36,835 nucleotides of DNA. It comes from Burkholderiales bacterium (GTDB lineage: Bacteria; Pseudomonadota; Gammaproteobacteria; Burkholderiales; Burkholderiaceae_C). Below, in pieces: positions 1 through 10,283 of the stretch. Below the pieces are notes generated by a model, which was not told where the DNA came from, did no database searches, and saw only the letters and a program-made list of their open reading frames with translations. Every line of letters starts with the position of its first letter. The stretch's first letter is position 1. The translations under genes and the position numbers were made by a program. The stretch covers positions 1-36,835 of the forward strand of contig JBBRVT010000001.1 in assembly GCA_038246615.1 (NCBI GenBank). The letters are read 5' to 3'.

Positions 1-7
1 AAAACTC

Positions 8-540
8 TCAGGCTCTGACACCGGCCTGTGCGCCGGGCTGGGGCTCGGCCTGCAGCAGCCACTGCCACTGCGGCCCCGGTGCCGCCTGCAGCAGCAACCG
101 CGCACCACTGGCCGGGTGGGTGATGCCCGGCGTCTGCGCATGCAGCCACAGCCGCGTGGTGCCCAGGTGCGCGGCCACCGCCCGGTTCAGCGGGCCCTTG
201 CCGTGGGTGGCGTCGAGCAGGGCCATGGGCTGGGTTGTGGCGCCGCGAGGCAGCGGGCGGACCAGGGGCTGGCACCAGTGTCGGCCGCTGGCACGGTGCT
301 GGCGATGCAACGCCATCACGCTGTCATGCCGGGCGGTCATGATGCCTGCATCGTCTTTCAGCACAGCCACGGAGTCCGCCGCCATGATGCAGATCGTCCC
401 TGTCGGTTCCCACGCACGGTGGGCAGCCACCATGGCCCGGCTCACGAGCCCGTTGATGCGGCTGTTCGGCGCGTCGGCCTGGGCCATCAGCAGCACCCTG
501 GGCCTGCTGCGCCGCCGCCAAGGCGGTTGAGCCAGGTCGG
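8..540 (-). pseudogene. Decayed RluA-family/TruC-like pseudouridine synthase
   Basis: C-terminal DATHGKGPLNRAVAAHLGTTRLWLHA...HPASG matches the RluA/TruC 'GD..YG....RL.LHA..L...HP..G' tail. Upstream, NRLGGG followed in another frame by GVLLMA looks like an eroded HRLDxxTSGVLL catalytic motif. The TGRxHQIRxH segment is missing. Confidence 0.65.
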
Positions 541-565
541 CGGCTGCGCCAGAGCTGGCGCCTGC

Positions 566-955
566 TCAGGCGTGCAGATCGCCGTCGATGTAAGTCCAGC
601 GGCCGCCTTCACGCACGAAGCGGCTGGTTTCTTCCAGCTGTTGTGCACGCCCGCCCACCTTGCTGCGGGCGATGAAGGCCACCGTGGCATGGTCGTCGCC
701 CTGGCGCCGGTGTTGCAGCACCTGCAGGCCCAGCCAGCGCTGGGCGGGGTCGAAGTCGACCGACAGCGGCCGCGTGCCGGGGTGCCAGGTGGCCAACAGG
801 TAGTCGGCCAGCTGCAGCGCATAAGCGCTGTAGCGCGATCGCATCAGCGCTGCGGCGTCGGGCGCCTGCAAGTGCAGCGGCCCGGCGTGCCAGCGGCCAC
901 AGCAGGCCGACAGCCGGGCCGGCAGGCCGCAGGGGCAGGATCGGTCGGCAGGCAT
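566..955 (-). CDS. ychJ: YchJ family protein (SEC-C-like CPCG...CC N-terminus)
   Basis: CPCG..LSACC, LMRSRYSAY, YLLATWHP, E.SRF.REGGRW.YIDG. Start trimmed to ATG at 955. Confidence 0.9.
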   Translation of the reverse strand: MPADRSCPCGLPARLSACCGRWHAGPLHLQAPDAAALMRSRYSAYALQLADYLLATWHPGTRPLSVDFDPAQRWLGLQVLQHRRQGDDHATVAFIARSKVGGRAQQLEETSRFVREGGRWTYIDGDLHA

Positions 956-1088
956 GGCCGGGATGATGCCGCAGCCCCACCCCGAAGCGCCAACCCCTGG
1001 ATGCCGTCCCGTGGATGCCGTCCCGACCCCGGCCGCTACACTGCCGCGGCACCCACCAGACGCGCCCACCGCGTGCAGGAGACGCCCG

Positions 1089-2021
<933 letters not shown>

Positions 2022-2082
2022 CCTGCTGAAGGCCGCGGCCGCGGAACCTCTGCCGGCGCCGCCCACTCCACCCCTGCACACG

Positions 2083-3378
2083 ATGCCGATCGCCCGCCGC
2101 CACCTTCTTGCCAGCCTGGCCGCCAGCGGCCTGGGCGGTCTGCTGCCCGGCGCGGCGCAGGCCCAGTTCCGGGTCGAGATCGCCGGTGTCGGCGCCACCC
2201 AGCTGCCGCTGGCGCTGACCCGCTTCCGCGATGAAGACCGCAGCGGCGTGGCACTGTCGGCGGTGGTGCGTGCCGACCTGGAGCGCAGCGGCCTGTTCCG
2301 CATCGTCGAGTCCAGCGGTGCGCTGGACGAGCGCAGCCAGCCGCTCTGGAGCGATTGGCGCGGTCGCGGCGCCGACAGTCTGGTGGCCGGCTCGGTCAGC
2401 CGGCTGGCCGACGGCCGCTTCGACCTGCGCTTCAAGCTGTGGGACGTGGTCAAGTCCGAGGAGCGCAGCGGCCAGAGCCTGGTGGTGGCCGCAGCCGACC
2501 TGCGCCTGGCCGCGCACCGCATCGCCGACCTGGTGCAGGAGGCGCTGACCGGCGAACGCGGCGTCAACGCCACCCGCATCGCCTATGTCACCCGCGCCGC
2601 CAACCGCTACACCCTGCGCATCACCGACGCCGACGGCGAAGGCGGCCAGGTGGCATTGGCCAGCCCGCAGCCCATCATCTCGCCGGCCTGGTCGCCCGAC
2701 GGCCGCAAGCTGGCCTATGTGTCGTTCTACACCGGCAAGGCAGTGGTGATGCTGCAGGACGTCAGCAGCGGCGAGTACCGCACCGTGGCCAGCTTCAAGG
2801 GCAGCAACAGCGCGCCGGCCTGGTCGCCCGACGGCCGCAAGCTGGCCGTCACGCTGTCGCGCGACGGCTTCTCGCAGCTGTACCTGCTCGACCTGCAGGG
2901 CGACAGCCTGCGCCGGCTGACGCAGACCAGCGCGATCGACACCGAGGCCGCCTTCGCGCCCGACGGGCAGAGCCTGTACTTCGTCAGCGACCGCGGCGGC
3001 GGCCCGCAGGTCTACCGCATGCCGGTCGACGGCAGCGGGCCGGCCACCAACGCAGAGCGCGTCACCTTCAACGGCGCCTACAACATCAGCCCGGCCATCA
3101 GCCCCGACGGCCGGAGCCTGGCCTACGTGACGCGCGGCAGCGGCTTCCGGGTGATGGTGCAGCCGCTGGACGGCAGCAGCCCGCCGCTGGCCGTGACCGA
3201 CACCAACGACGACGAGAGCCCCAGCTTTGCGCCGAACGGCCGGCTGCTGATCTACGCCAGCCGCAGCCAGGGCCGCGACGTGCTGATGACCACCACGCTG
3301 GACGGCCGCATCCGCACCCGGCTGCTGTCGTCGGGGCTGGATGTGCGCGAGCCGGCCTGGGGGCCCTTCAGCCGATGA
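2083..3378 (+). CDS. tolB: Tol-Pal beta-propeller protein TolB
   Basis: DLERSGLF and AHRIAD N-domain, TRIAYV, repeated PAWSPDG (PD40) blades; lies upstream of pal. Confidence 0.96.
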   Translation: MPIARRHLLASLAASGLGGLLPGAAQAQFRVEIAGVGATQLPLALTRFRDEDRSGVALSAVVRADLERSGLFRIVESSGALDERSQPLWSDWRGRGADSLVAGSVSRLADGRFDLRFKLWDVVKSEERSGQSLVVAAADLRLAAHRIADLVQEALTGERGVNATRIAYVTRAANRYTLRITDADGEGGQVALASPQPIISPAWSPDGRKLAYVSFYTGKAVVMLQDVSSGEYRTVASFKGSNSAPAWSPDGRKLAVTLSRDGFSQLYLLDLQGDSLRRLTQTSAIDTEAAFAPDGQSLYFVSDRGGGPQVYRMPVDGSGPATNAERVTFNGAYNISPAISPDGRSLAYVTRGSGFRVMVQPLDGSSPPLAVTDTNDDESPSFAPNGRLLIYASRSQGRDVLMTTTLDGRIRTRLLSSGLDVREPAWGPFSR

Positions 3379-3425
3379 ACGGGTCGATGACCGGGCCGAT
3401 GACCGGGCCGATGACCGGGCCGATG
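3373..3425 (+). repeat. 12-bp tandem repeat CGATGACCGGGC, about 4.4 copies
   Basis: Units at 3373 (2 mismatches), 3385, 3397, 3409 and a partial unit at 3421; begins at the tolB stop codon. Confidence 0.95.
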
Positions 3426-3564
3426 GTCCTGTCGGCGCGCCTGCGCCAGCGCATGCGCGATGATCGCGGCTGCATCCGGCTCGATGGCTGGGCGCGGTGT
3501 TTCCCGCCGGCGGGTGTCCGGTGTCCCGGTGGCTGGGTCCACCGCTGATCTAGGAGAGATGACG

Positions 3565-4152
3565 ATGTTGCGATTGCGTATGGGCGGTCTGGTGTCCCTG
3601 GCCGCGCTGATGCTGGCGGGCTGCGGCTCGGCGATCAAGCTCGACGAAACCCCGGTGGAGACACGCACCCCGACCGCCGTCGGCGCCCAGGGCGGTGCCA
3701 CCGGCAATGCGGCCACCGCCTCAGGTGGCACCGGTTCAGGCGCTGGTGCGCCGCAGTCGCAGGTGGCCACGGTCAACCTGCCGGGCGCGGCGGGTACGGG
3801 CAGCGCGGCGGCCGGCACGGCGGCGCTGGGGCGCGTCGTCTTCTTCGACTTCGACAGCTTCATCGTCAAGGACGAGTTTCGCAGCCTGGTCGACGCCCAT
3901 GCCAAGGCGTTGACGGCGCAGCGCGGCAAGCGGCTGGTGATCGAGGGCCACACCGACGAGCGCGGTGGCCGCGAGTACAACCTGGCGCTGGGCCAGAAGC
4001 GCGCCGAGGCGGTGGCCAAGTCGCTGGCGCTGCTGGGCGCACAGGAATCCCAGCTGGAGGCGGTGAGCTTCGGCAAGGAGCGCCCCGCCGTCGAAGGCCA
4101 GGACGAGGCCGCCTGGGCCCGCAACCGGCGCGCCGAGCTGAAGGACCGGTGA
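3565..4152 (+). CDS. pal: Peptidoglycan-associated lipoprotein Pal
   Basis: Lipobox LAGC; FFDFDS, IEGHTDERGGREYNLALGQKRA, NRRAE. RBS AGGAGA at 3552; alternative ATG at 3559. Confidence 0.96.
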   Translation: MLRLRMGGLVSLAALMLAGCGSAIKLDETPVETRTPTAVGAQGGATGNAATASGGTGSGAGAPQSQVATVNLPGAAGTGSAAAGTAALGRVVFFDFDSFIVKDEFRSLVDAHAKALTAQRGKRLVIEGHTDERGGREYNLALGQKRAEAVAKSLALLGAQESQLEAVSFGKERPAVEGQDEAAWARNRRAELKDR

Positions 4153-4964
4153 CCGTGGCGCTGCAGTTGTCGCACCGGGCCCGGTTTGCCGCCCTGGCCC
4201 TGGCCGCGCTGCTGGCACTGGCAGCCCACCCCGCCCGCGCCGGCCTGTTCGACGATGAAGAAGCCCGCAAGGCCATCCTCGACCTGCGCGCACGCATCCA
4301 GGCCAGCGACGAGGGCGCCCAGGCCAAGCTGGCCGACCAGGCCAGGGCCCAGGCGGCCCTGCTGGAGCAGGTGACGGCGCTGCGCCGCAGCCTGCTGGAG
4401 CTCAACGCCCAGATCGAGGCCCAGCGCTCCGACAACGCCAGGCTGCGCGGCACGCAGGAGCAGCTGGCCCGCGACCTGTCCGAGCTGCAGAAGCTGACGC
4501 GTGACGTCTCCAAGACCCTGGACGACCGGCTGCGCGCCATCGAGCCGCAGAAGGTGACGCTCGATGGCAAGGACTTCAACGCCGACCCTGAAGAGCGCCG
4601 CGCGCACGACGCCGCCATGGCTGCGCTGCGCAGCGGTGATTTCGACAAGGCATCCGGCGCGCTGGCCGCCTTCGTGCAGCGCTACCCCGGCAGCGGCTAC
4701 AACGACTCGGCGCGCTTCTGGCTGGGCAATGCGCTGTACGGGCAGAAGAACTACAAGGAGGCCATCAACGTTTTCCGCGCGATGGTCACGGCCGCCCCGG
4801 CGCACCCGCGCACGCCCGAGGCCCTGTTGGCGGTGGCCAACTGCCAGATCGAGATGAAGGACACGCGGGGCGCGCGCAAGACGCTCGACGACCTGATCAA
4901 GGCCCACCCTGCCAGCGAGGCTGCCGCTGCGGGCAAGGAACGTCTGGGCACACTCAAGGGCTGA
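4149..4964 (+). CDS. cpoB: Tol-Pal system TPR protein CpoB/YbgF
   Basis: Signal peptide, then GLFDDEEARKAIL, coiled coil and TPR region (FWLGNALY); GTGA overlap with pal. Confidence 0.93.
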   Translation: MTVALQLSHRARFAALALAALLALAAHPARAGLFDDEEARKAILDLRARIQASDEGAQAKLADQARAQAALLEQVTALRRSLLELNAQIEAQRSDNARLRGTQEQLARDLSELQKLTRDVSKTLDDRLRAIEPQKVTLDGKDFNADPEERRAHDAAMAALRSGDFDKASGALAAFVQRYPGSGYNDSARFWLGNALYGQKNYKEAINVFRAMVTAAPAHPRTPEALLAVANCQIEMKDTRGARKTLDDLIKAHPASEAAAAGKERLGTLKG

Positions 4965-4969
4965 GCATT

Positions 4970-5758
4970 TTGCTTGCGGCGCCTGGCATCGCGGCCGACG
5001 ACGCCGACCTGGAGCGCCGCTTCGGCGGCCTGCGGCGCCTGTATGGCGCCGCCGGCTACCAGGCGGTGCGGCGTGCGCGCATCGCCGTGGTGGGCCTGGG
5101 TGGCGTGGGCGCCTGGGCGGTGGAGGCGCTGGCGCGCAGCGGCGTGGCCCGCCTGGTGCTGATCGACCTGGACCAGGTGGCCGAGTCCAACATCAACCGG
5201 CAGATCCAGGCCATGGGCAGCACGCTGGGCATGGCCAAGGCGGAGGCGCTGCGCCTGCGCATCGCCGACATCCACCCCGGCTGCGAGGTGCTGTGCGTGG
5301 AGGAATTCGCCGGCCCCGACAACTGGCCGCAGCTGCTGCCCGCCGAGGTCGACCTGTTGATCGACGCCTGCGACCAGAGCGCCGCCAAGCTGGCCCTGGC
5401 TGCCTGGGCGCTGCAGACCGGCACGCCGCTGGTGTGCGTGGGCGCGGCCGGCGGCAAGCAGCTGGCACAGGCGGTGGAGGTGGCCGATCTGGCCGAGGCG
5501 ACGCACGACCCGCTGCTGGCCAGCCTGCGCCAGCGGCTGCGCAAGCAGGGCGCACCACGCAGTGGCCGCATCGGCCTGCGCTGCGTGTTCTCCCGCGAGG
5601 CGGTGGCCGCACCGTTGAACGACGACAGTTGCGCCACCGACGGCACGCTGAACTGCGCCGGTTACGGCTCCAGCGTGACGGTGACAGCCACCTTCGGCAT
5701 GGTGGCCGCCGGCGAGGCACTGCGCCTGTGCCAGGCCCTGCCTCCGGCGGCGGCATGA
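4970..5758 (+). CDS. tcdA: ThiF-family tRNA threonylcarbamoyladenosine dehydratase
   Basis: RRFGGL.RLYG, VVGLGGVG, EALARSG, SNINRQ, GAAGGK, LNCAGYGS...TATFG. TTG start uncertain. Confidence 0.9.
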   Translation: MLAAPGIAADDADLERRFGGLRRLYGAAGYQAVRRARIAVVGLGGVGAWAVEALARSGVARLVLIDLDQVAESNINRQIQAMGSTLGMAKAEALRLRIADIHPGCEVLCVEEFAGPDNWPQLLPAEVDLLIDACDQSAAKLALAAWALQTGTPLVCVGAAGGKQLAQAVEVADLAEATHDPLLASLRQRLRKQGAPRSGRIGLRCVFSREAVAAPLNDDSCATDGTLNCAGYGSSVTVTATFGMVAAGEALRLCQALPPAAA

Positions 5759-6261
5759 TCGGCCAGCCCGCCGGCCAGCCTGCCGGCATCGGCTTGCGCC
5801 GCGCCGTGCCGGGTGATGCCCCGGCCTGCATCGCCATCCGTGGCCAGACCCGCGACAACGCCATCGCCCCCGAGCGCCTGGCCGCGCTGGGCATCACCGC
5901 CGCCAGCTGGGCCGCCGCCATGCGCAGCGGCGCGGTGGCGGGGCATGTGGCCGAACGGCAAGGGCAGGTGCTGGGCCACTGCTTTGGCGCCCCTGCCACC
6001 GGCGAGGTGCTGGTGCTGGCCGTGCTGCCCGGGGCCGACGGCCGTGGCCTGGGCCGGCAGTTGCTGGCGCTGGTGGCGGCCGATCTGGTGGCGCTGGGCC
6101 ACCCGCGGCTGTTCCTCGGCGCGTCCACCGATGCAGCGACGCGCGCACACGGCTTCTACCGCCACCTGGGCTGGCGCCCGACCGGGGCGGTCGACGCCCA
6201 CGGCGACGAGATCCTGGCCTGGCAGGTGCCGGAACATCCGGACACAGGCGCTGCGCGGTGA
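5755..6261 (+). CDS. GNAT family N-acetyltransferase
   Basis: VLAVLP...GRGLGRQLL (motif A) and AHGFYRHLGW; ATGA overlap with tcdA. Confidence 0.88.
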   Translation: MIGQPAGQPAGIGLRRAVPGDAPACIAIRGQTRDNAIAPERLAALGITAASWAAAMRSGAVAGHVAERQGQVLGHCFGAPATGEVLVLAVLPGADGRGLGRQLLALVAADLVALGHPRLFLGASTDAATRAHGFYRHLGWRPTGAVDAHGDEILAWQVPEHPDTGAAR

Positions 6262-6399
6262 CGATCAACCGCCCGAGCCGCGCGCGCTGAGCGGCACAGC
6301 CGCCGCATGTCAAGCAGGCGACGTCGGCGCTGCGCCGGTGCCGCACATGATCTGCCGCACACCAAGCGCGGCCATCCCGGCGGCGGCACAGGAGACGGC

Positions 6400-8067
6400 A
6401 TGACCCACGACATCCTCATCCGCGGCGGCCTGCTGGTCGACGGCAGCGGCGCGGCGCCGGTGCAGGGCGACCTGGCCATCGACGGCGACACCATCACTGC
6501 GGTGGGCCGGGTGAGCGGCCATGGCCGGCGCGAGATCGACGCCCGCGGCCTGGTGGTGAGCCCGGGCTTCGTCGACATCCACACCCACCTCGACGCCCAG
6601 GTGGGCTGGGACGCCGCCTGCACGCCGGTGAGCTGGCACGGCGTGACCACCGCGCTGATGGGCAACTGCGGCGTCACCTTCGCGCCCTGCAAGCCTGCCG
6701 ACCGCGGGCTGCTGGCCGCCATGATGGAGACGGTGGAAGACATCCCGCGCGAGGCCATCCTGGGCGGCCTGCCCTGGGACTGGGAAGATTACGGCGGCTA
6801 CCTCGACAGCGTGGCCCGGATGCAGCCCGGCATCAACCTGTGCGGCCTGGTGGGCCACAGCGCGCTGCGCTTCTATGTGATGGGCGAGCGCGCGGTGGAA
6901 GAACAGGCCAGCCCCGCCGAGCGGGCGCAGATGGCCGCACTGGCGGCGCAGGCGGTGGCCAGCGGCGCCATGGGCTGCTCGGTGAACCGCTTTGCCGCCC
7001 ACAAGCTGCCTGACGGCCGCGCCATCCCCGGCACCTTTGCCGACGTCGGCGAGCTGGTGGAGATCGCCCGCGCGATGGCCGGGCAAGGCGCGCTGATGCA
7101 GGCGGTGGGCGCCGATTTCGGCCTGCTGCGTGCGATGGCCGACGAGGGCGGCAGCCGGGTGCTGTTCAGCTACGGCGTGGGGCCCGATGGCAGCCTGGCC
7201 GCGCAACGCCGGGCCGATCTGGAGGCGCTGTGCCAGGGCCGCCAGATCACCGCCGTGGCCCAGGTGCGCAGCTCGGGCCTGGTCTTCGGCCTGCAGTCGG
7301 CCATGCCGATCGCCAGGCGTGGGGCGGCCTGGCGCCAGCTGGCGGGCATGGCGCTGGCGCAACGTCTGGTCGCGATTGCCGACCCGGCGTTCCACGCCAC
7401 CCTGGTGGCCGAGGCCCAGGCGCTGGGCTTTCCGCGCCTGCTGGGCGCGGGCATCGAGCAGGTGTTCCACCTGGGCGACGCTGCCGCGCCCGACTACGCC
7501 GCCGGCAGCGAGCGGCAATTGCAGGCCATGGCCGCGGCGGCCGGCGAGCATTGGGCGCAGACCTTTCTGCGCCTGTCGCTGGCCAGCGGCGGCAGGGCGC
7601 TGTTCACGCTGCGCATGTTCAACCCCGACATGGCCGGCCTGGCGCACCTGATCCAGAGCGCCCATGTGCTGCCCGGCCTGGGTGACGCCGGCGCCCATGT
7701 GGCGCAGGTGATGGACGCCGGCTGGGCCAGTTTCGTGCTGTCGCACTGGGTGCGCGCCACCGGGCTGTACAGCCTGCAAGAAGGCGTGCGCCGCATCACC
7801 AGCGGGCCGGCGGCGGTGCTGGGCCTGCGTGACCGCGGGCGCCTGGCGCCGGGGCTGCGCGCCGACGTCAACGTGTTCGACGCGGCGCTGGTGGGCGAGC
7901 AGCAGCCGGTGATGGTGCATGACTTTCCGGGCGGCGCGCCGCGCTACATCCAGCGCGGCACCGGCTACAAGGCCACGCTGGTGAACGGCCAGGTGAGCCT
8001 GCTCGACGGCGAGCTGACCGGCGCCCGCGCCGGCGGGGTGCTGCGGCACCAGCGGGTGGCAGCGTAG
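6400..8067 (+). CDS. N-acyl-D-amino-acid deacylase family amidohydrolase
   Basis: DILIRGG..VDGSG, PGFVDIHTH, HGVTT..MGNCG, DAGAH, RG.LAPG.RAD. RBS AGGAGA before ATG 6400. Confidence 0.9.
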   Translation: MTHDILIRGGLLVDGSGAAPVQGDLAIDGDTITAVGRVSGHGRREIDARGLVVSPGFVDIHTHLDAQVGWDAACTPVSWHGVTTALMGNCGVTFAPCKPADRGLLAAMMETVEDIPREAILGGLPWDWEDYGGYLDSVARMQPGINLCGLVGHSALRFYVMGERAVEEQASPAERAQMAALAAQAVASGAMGCSVNRFAAHKLPDGRAIPGTFADVGELVEIARAMAGQGALMQAVGADFGLLRAMADEGGSRVLFSYGVGPDGSLAAQRRADLEALCQGRQITAVAQVRSSGLVFGLQSAMPIARRGAAWRQLAGMALAQRLVAIADPAFHATLVAEAQALGFPRLLGAGIEQVFHLGDAAAPDYAAGSERQLQAMAAAAGEHWAQTFLRLSLASGGRALFTLRMFNPDMAGLAHLIQSAHVLPGLGDAGAHVAQVMDAGWASFVLSHWVRATGLYSLQEGVRRITSGPAAVLGLRDRGRLAPGLRADVNVFDAALVGEQQPVMVHDFPGGAPRYIQRGTGYKATLVNGQVSLLDGELTGARAGGVLRHQRVAA

Positions 8068-8120
8068 GCGGCGTCACCGCGCTGCCCTGCAACCAGCGGG
8101 TGGCGGCGTAGGCGGCGTCA
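8048..8120. repeat. 29-bp direct repeat (1 mismatch) at a convergent gene junction
   Basis: accagcgggtggc(a/g)gcgtaggcggcgtca at 8048-8076 and 8092-8120. Confidence 0.95.
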
Positions 8121-10283
8121 GGCCGCTCCGCCGCGCCGCCAGGCGTGGAAGCGGCCCACCCAGGCCAGCAGGCGCTGCGGGGCATGTGCGCGCTTCCACT
8201 CCCCGGCCACGAACTTGTTGGCCTCGCCCATGGTGGGGTAGGTGTGGATGGTGCCCAGCATCTTGTTCAGGCCGATGCCGTGCTTCATGGCCAGCACGTA
8301 CTCGGCCAGCAACTCGCCGGCATGCGCGCTGACGATGGTCACGCCGAGGATGCGGTCCTTGCCCGGCACGGTGAGCACCTTGACCACGCCATGCGCGTCG
8401 CTGTCGGCAATGGCGCGGTCGAGGTCGGCGATGTCGTAGCGCGTCACCTCGAACGGGATCTTCTGCTCGGCGGCCTCCTGTTCGTTCAGCCCCACCCGCG
8501 CTACTTCGGGGCTGGTGAAGGTGGCCGCCGGCATCACCCGCCCGTCCACCTTGAAGCGCTTGAACGGGCTGAACAGCGCGTTGACCGCCGCATACCAGGC
8601 CTGGTGCGCGGCGGCATGGGTGAACTGCCAGGGCCCGGCCACATCACCGGCGGCATAGATGTTCGGGAAGTTGGTCTCCAGATACCCGTTCACGTCCACC
8701 GTGCGGCCGGTGCGCACGCCCAGCTCCTGCAGGCCGTAGCCTTGCAGGTTGGCGCTGCGGCCCACCGCCACCAGCAGGGCGTCGAAGCCGATGCGCTGCT
8801 CGGCACCGGACTGGTCGGCATGCGCGGCCACCAGCCACTTCTGCCCGTCCCGCACCTCGAAGCGCAGCGCCTTGTGGCCCAGGCGCAGGTCCACGCCGTC
8901 GCCGGCCAGCCCGGCGGCCACCAGGGCCGACACCTCCGGGTCTTCGCGCAGCAGCAGGCGCGGCGCCATCTCCACCAGTGTGACCGCGCAACCCAGGCAG
9001 GCAAAAGCCTGGGCCAGCTCGCAGCCGATCGGTCCGCCGCCCAGCACCAGCAGGCGGCCCGGGCGCTGGCGCAGGGCCCAGACGGTGTCGGAGGTGAGCG
9101 GCTCCACCGTGTCGATGCCAGGGATGGGCGGCACGAACGGCCGCGCACCTGCGGCGATGACGATGGCGCGGGTGGTCAGGCGCTGCACCGTGCCGTCGGC
9201 GCGGGTGATGTCCACCGCCCAGGGCGTGGCGATGCGGGCGCTGCCCAGCGCCACGTCCACGCCCAGGCCGGTGTAGCGCTCGACCGAATCATGCGGCGCG
9301 ATGGCCTGCACCACCCGCTGCACCCGGTCCATCACTGCGGCGAAGTCATAGTCGGCGCTGGCGCTGCGCATGCCGAAGTCGGCGGCGCGCTTCACATCGG
9401 CCACGAAGCGTGCCGAGCGGATCAGCGCCTTGCTGGGCACGCAGCCGGTGTTCAGGCAATCGCCACCCAATGCATGGCGTTCCACCAGTGTCACCTTGGC
9501 CTTCACCGCCGCAGCGATATAGGCCGTCACCAGCCCGGCCGAGCCGCCGCCGATCACCACCAGGTTGCGGTCGAAGTGCTTGGGCCGGGTGTGGCCGGCG
9601 TAGACCTTGCGCGCCTGCACCATGTCGATCCCCTTGCGCGCCAGCAGCGGAAACAGCCCCAGCAGCACCAGTGAGCCCAGCAGCCCCGGCGAGACGATGC
9701 CCTGCAGCGAAGTGATGCCCGCCAGCTGGGTGCCCGCGTTGACATACACCGCAGTGCCGGCCAGCATGCCCAGCTGGCTGACCCAGTAGAAGGTGAGCGG
9801 GCGCATCGGCGTCAGCCCCATGGCCAGGTTGATGACGAAGAACGGCAGCACCGGCACCAGGCGCAGGGTGAACAGGTAGAAGGCGCCGTCGCGCGCCACG
9901 CCGGCGTTCAGCGCTGCCAGCCGGTCGGCAAAGCGCTGCTGCACCCAGGCACCCAGCAGCCAGCGGCTGGCCAGGAAGGCCAGCGTGGCGCCGATGCTGG
10001 AGGCAAAGCTGACGATCAACAGCCCCCAGCCGAGGCCGAAGATGGCGCCGCCGGCCAGCGTCATCACCGCCGCACCGGGCAGGCTGAGCGCGGTGACGGC
10101 CACGTAAGCCGCAAAGAACACCAGCGCGGCCTGAAGCGGGCTGGCGTCGCGCCATGCGGCCAGATTCGCCTGTTGCGCCTGCAGGCCGGCCAGGCTCAGG
10201 TAGCGGCCCAGGTCCAGCCAGAAGAACAGAACCACGCCGACCAGCAGCAAGGCGGCCAGCCACCAACGTTTGTCCAAGCGCAT
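8118..10283 (-). CDS. DedA/TVP38 (VTT) membrane domain fused to a class-I pyridine nucleotide-disulfide oxidoreductase (Lpd/MerA-like)
   Basis: N-terminal LSLPGA..MTLAGGAIFG and LFTLRLVP.LPFF.INL (DedA/TVP38). C-terminal GGGSAG, GGDCLNTGCVPSK, GGGPIG.E, GDV, HTYPTMGE. Start at ATG 10283. Confidence 0.92.
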   Translation of the reverse strand: MRLDKRWWLAALLLVGVVLFFWLDLGRYLSLAGLQAQQANLAAWRDASPLQAALVFFAAYVAVTALSLPGAAVMTLAGGAIFGLGWGLLIVSFASSIGATLAFLASRWLLGAWVQQRFADRLAALNAGVARDGAFYLFTLRLVPVLPFFVINLAMGLTPMRPLTFYWVSQLGMLAGTAVYVNAGTQLAGITSLQGIVSPGLLGSLVLLGLFPLLARKGIDMVQARKVYAGHTRPKHFDRNLVVIGGGSAGLVTAYIAAAVKAKVTLVERHALGGDCLNTGCVPSKALIRSARFVADVKRAADFGMRSASADYDFAAVMDRVQRVVQAIAPHDSVERYTGLGVDVALGSARIATPWAVDITRADGTVQRLTTRAIVIAAGARPFVPPIPGIDTVEPLTSDTVWALRQRPGRLLVLGGGPIGCELAQAFACLGCAVTLVEMAPRLLLREDPEVSALVAAGLAGDGVDLRLGHKALRFEVRDGQKWLVAAHADQSGAEQRIGFDALLVAVGRSANLQGYGLQELGVRTGRTVDVNGYLETNFPNIYAAGDVAGPWQFTHAAAHQAWYAAVNALFSPFKRFKVDGRVMPAATFTSPEVARVGLNEQEAAEQKIPFEVTRYDIADLDRAIADSDAHGVVKVLTVPGKDRILGVTIVSAHAGELLAEYVLAMKHGIGLNKMLGTIHTYPTMGEANKFVAGEWKRAHAPQRLLAWVGRFHAWRRGGAA

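Noticed and set aside
2681-2847. Identical 35-bp repeat at 2681-2715 and 2813-2847
   Set aside because: Encodes two PAWSPDGRKLA propeller blades of TolB; explained by protein repeats plus codon bias.
8048-8120. Mini-CRISPR array
   Set aside because: Only two copies, a 15-bp spacer, overlap with coding ends and no cas genes.
8118-10283. Mercuric reductase merA / mercury resistance
   Set aside because: No C-terminal Cys-Cys, no NmerA domain and no merRTP nearby.
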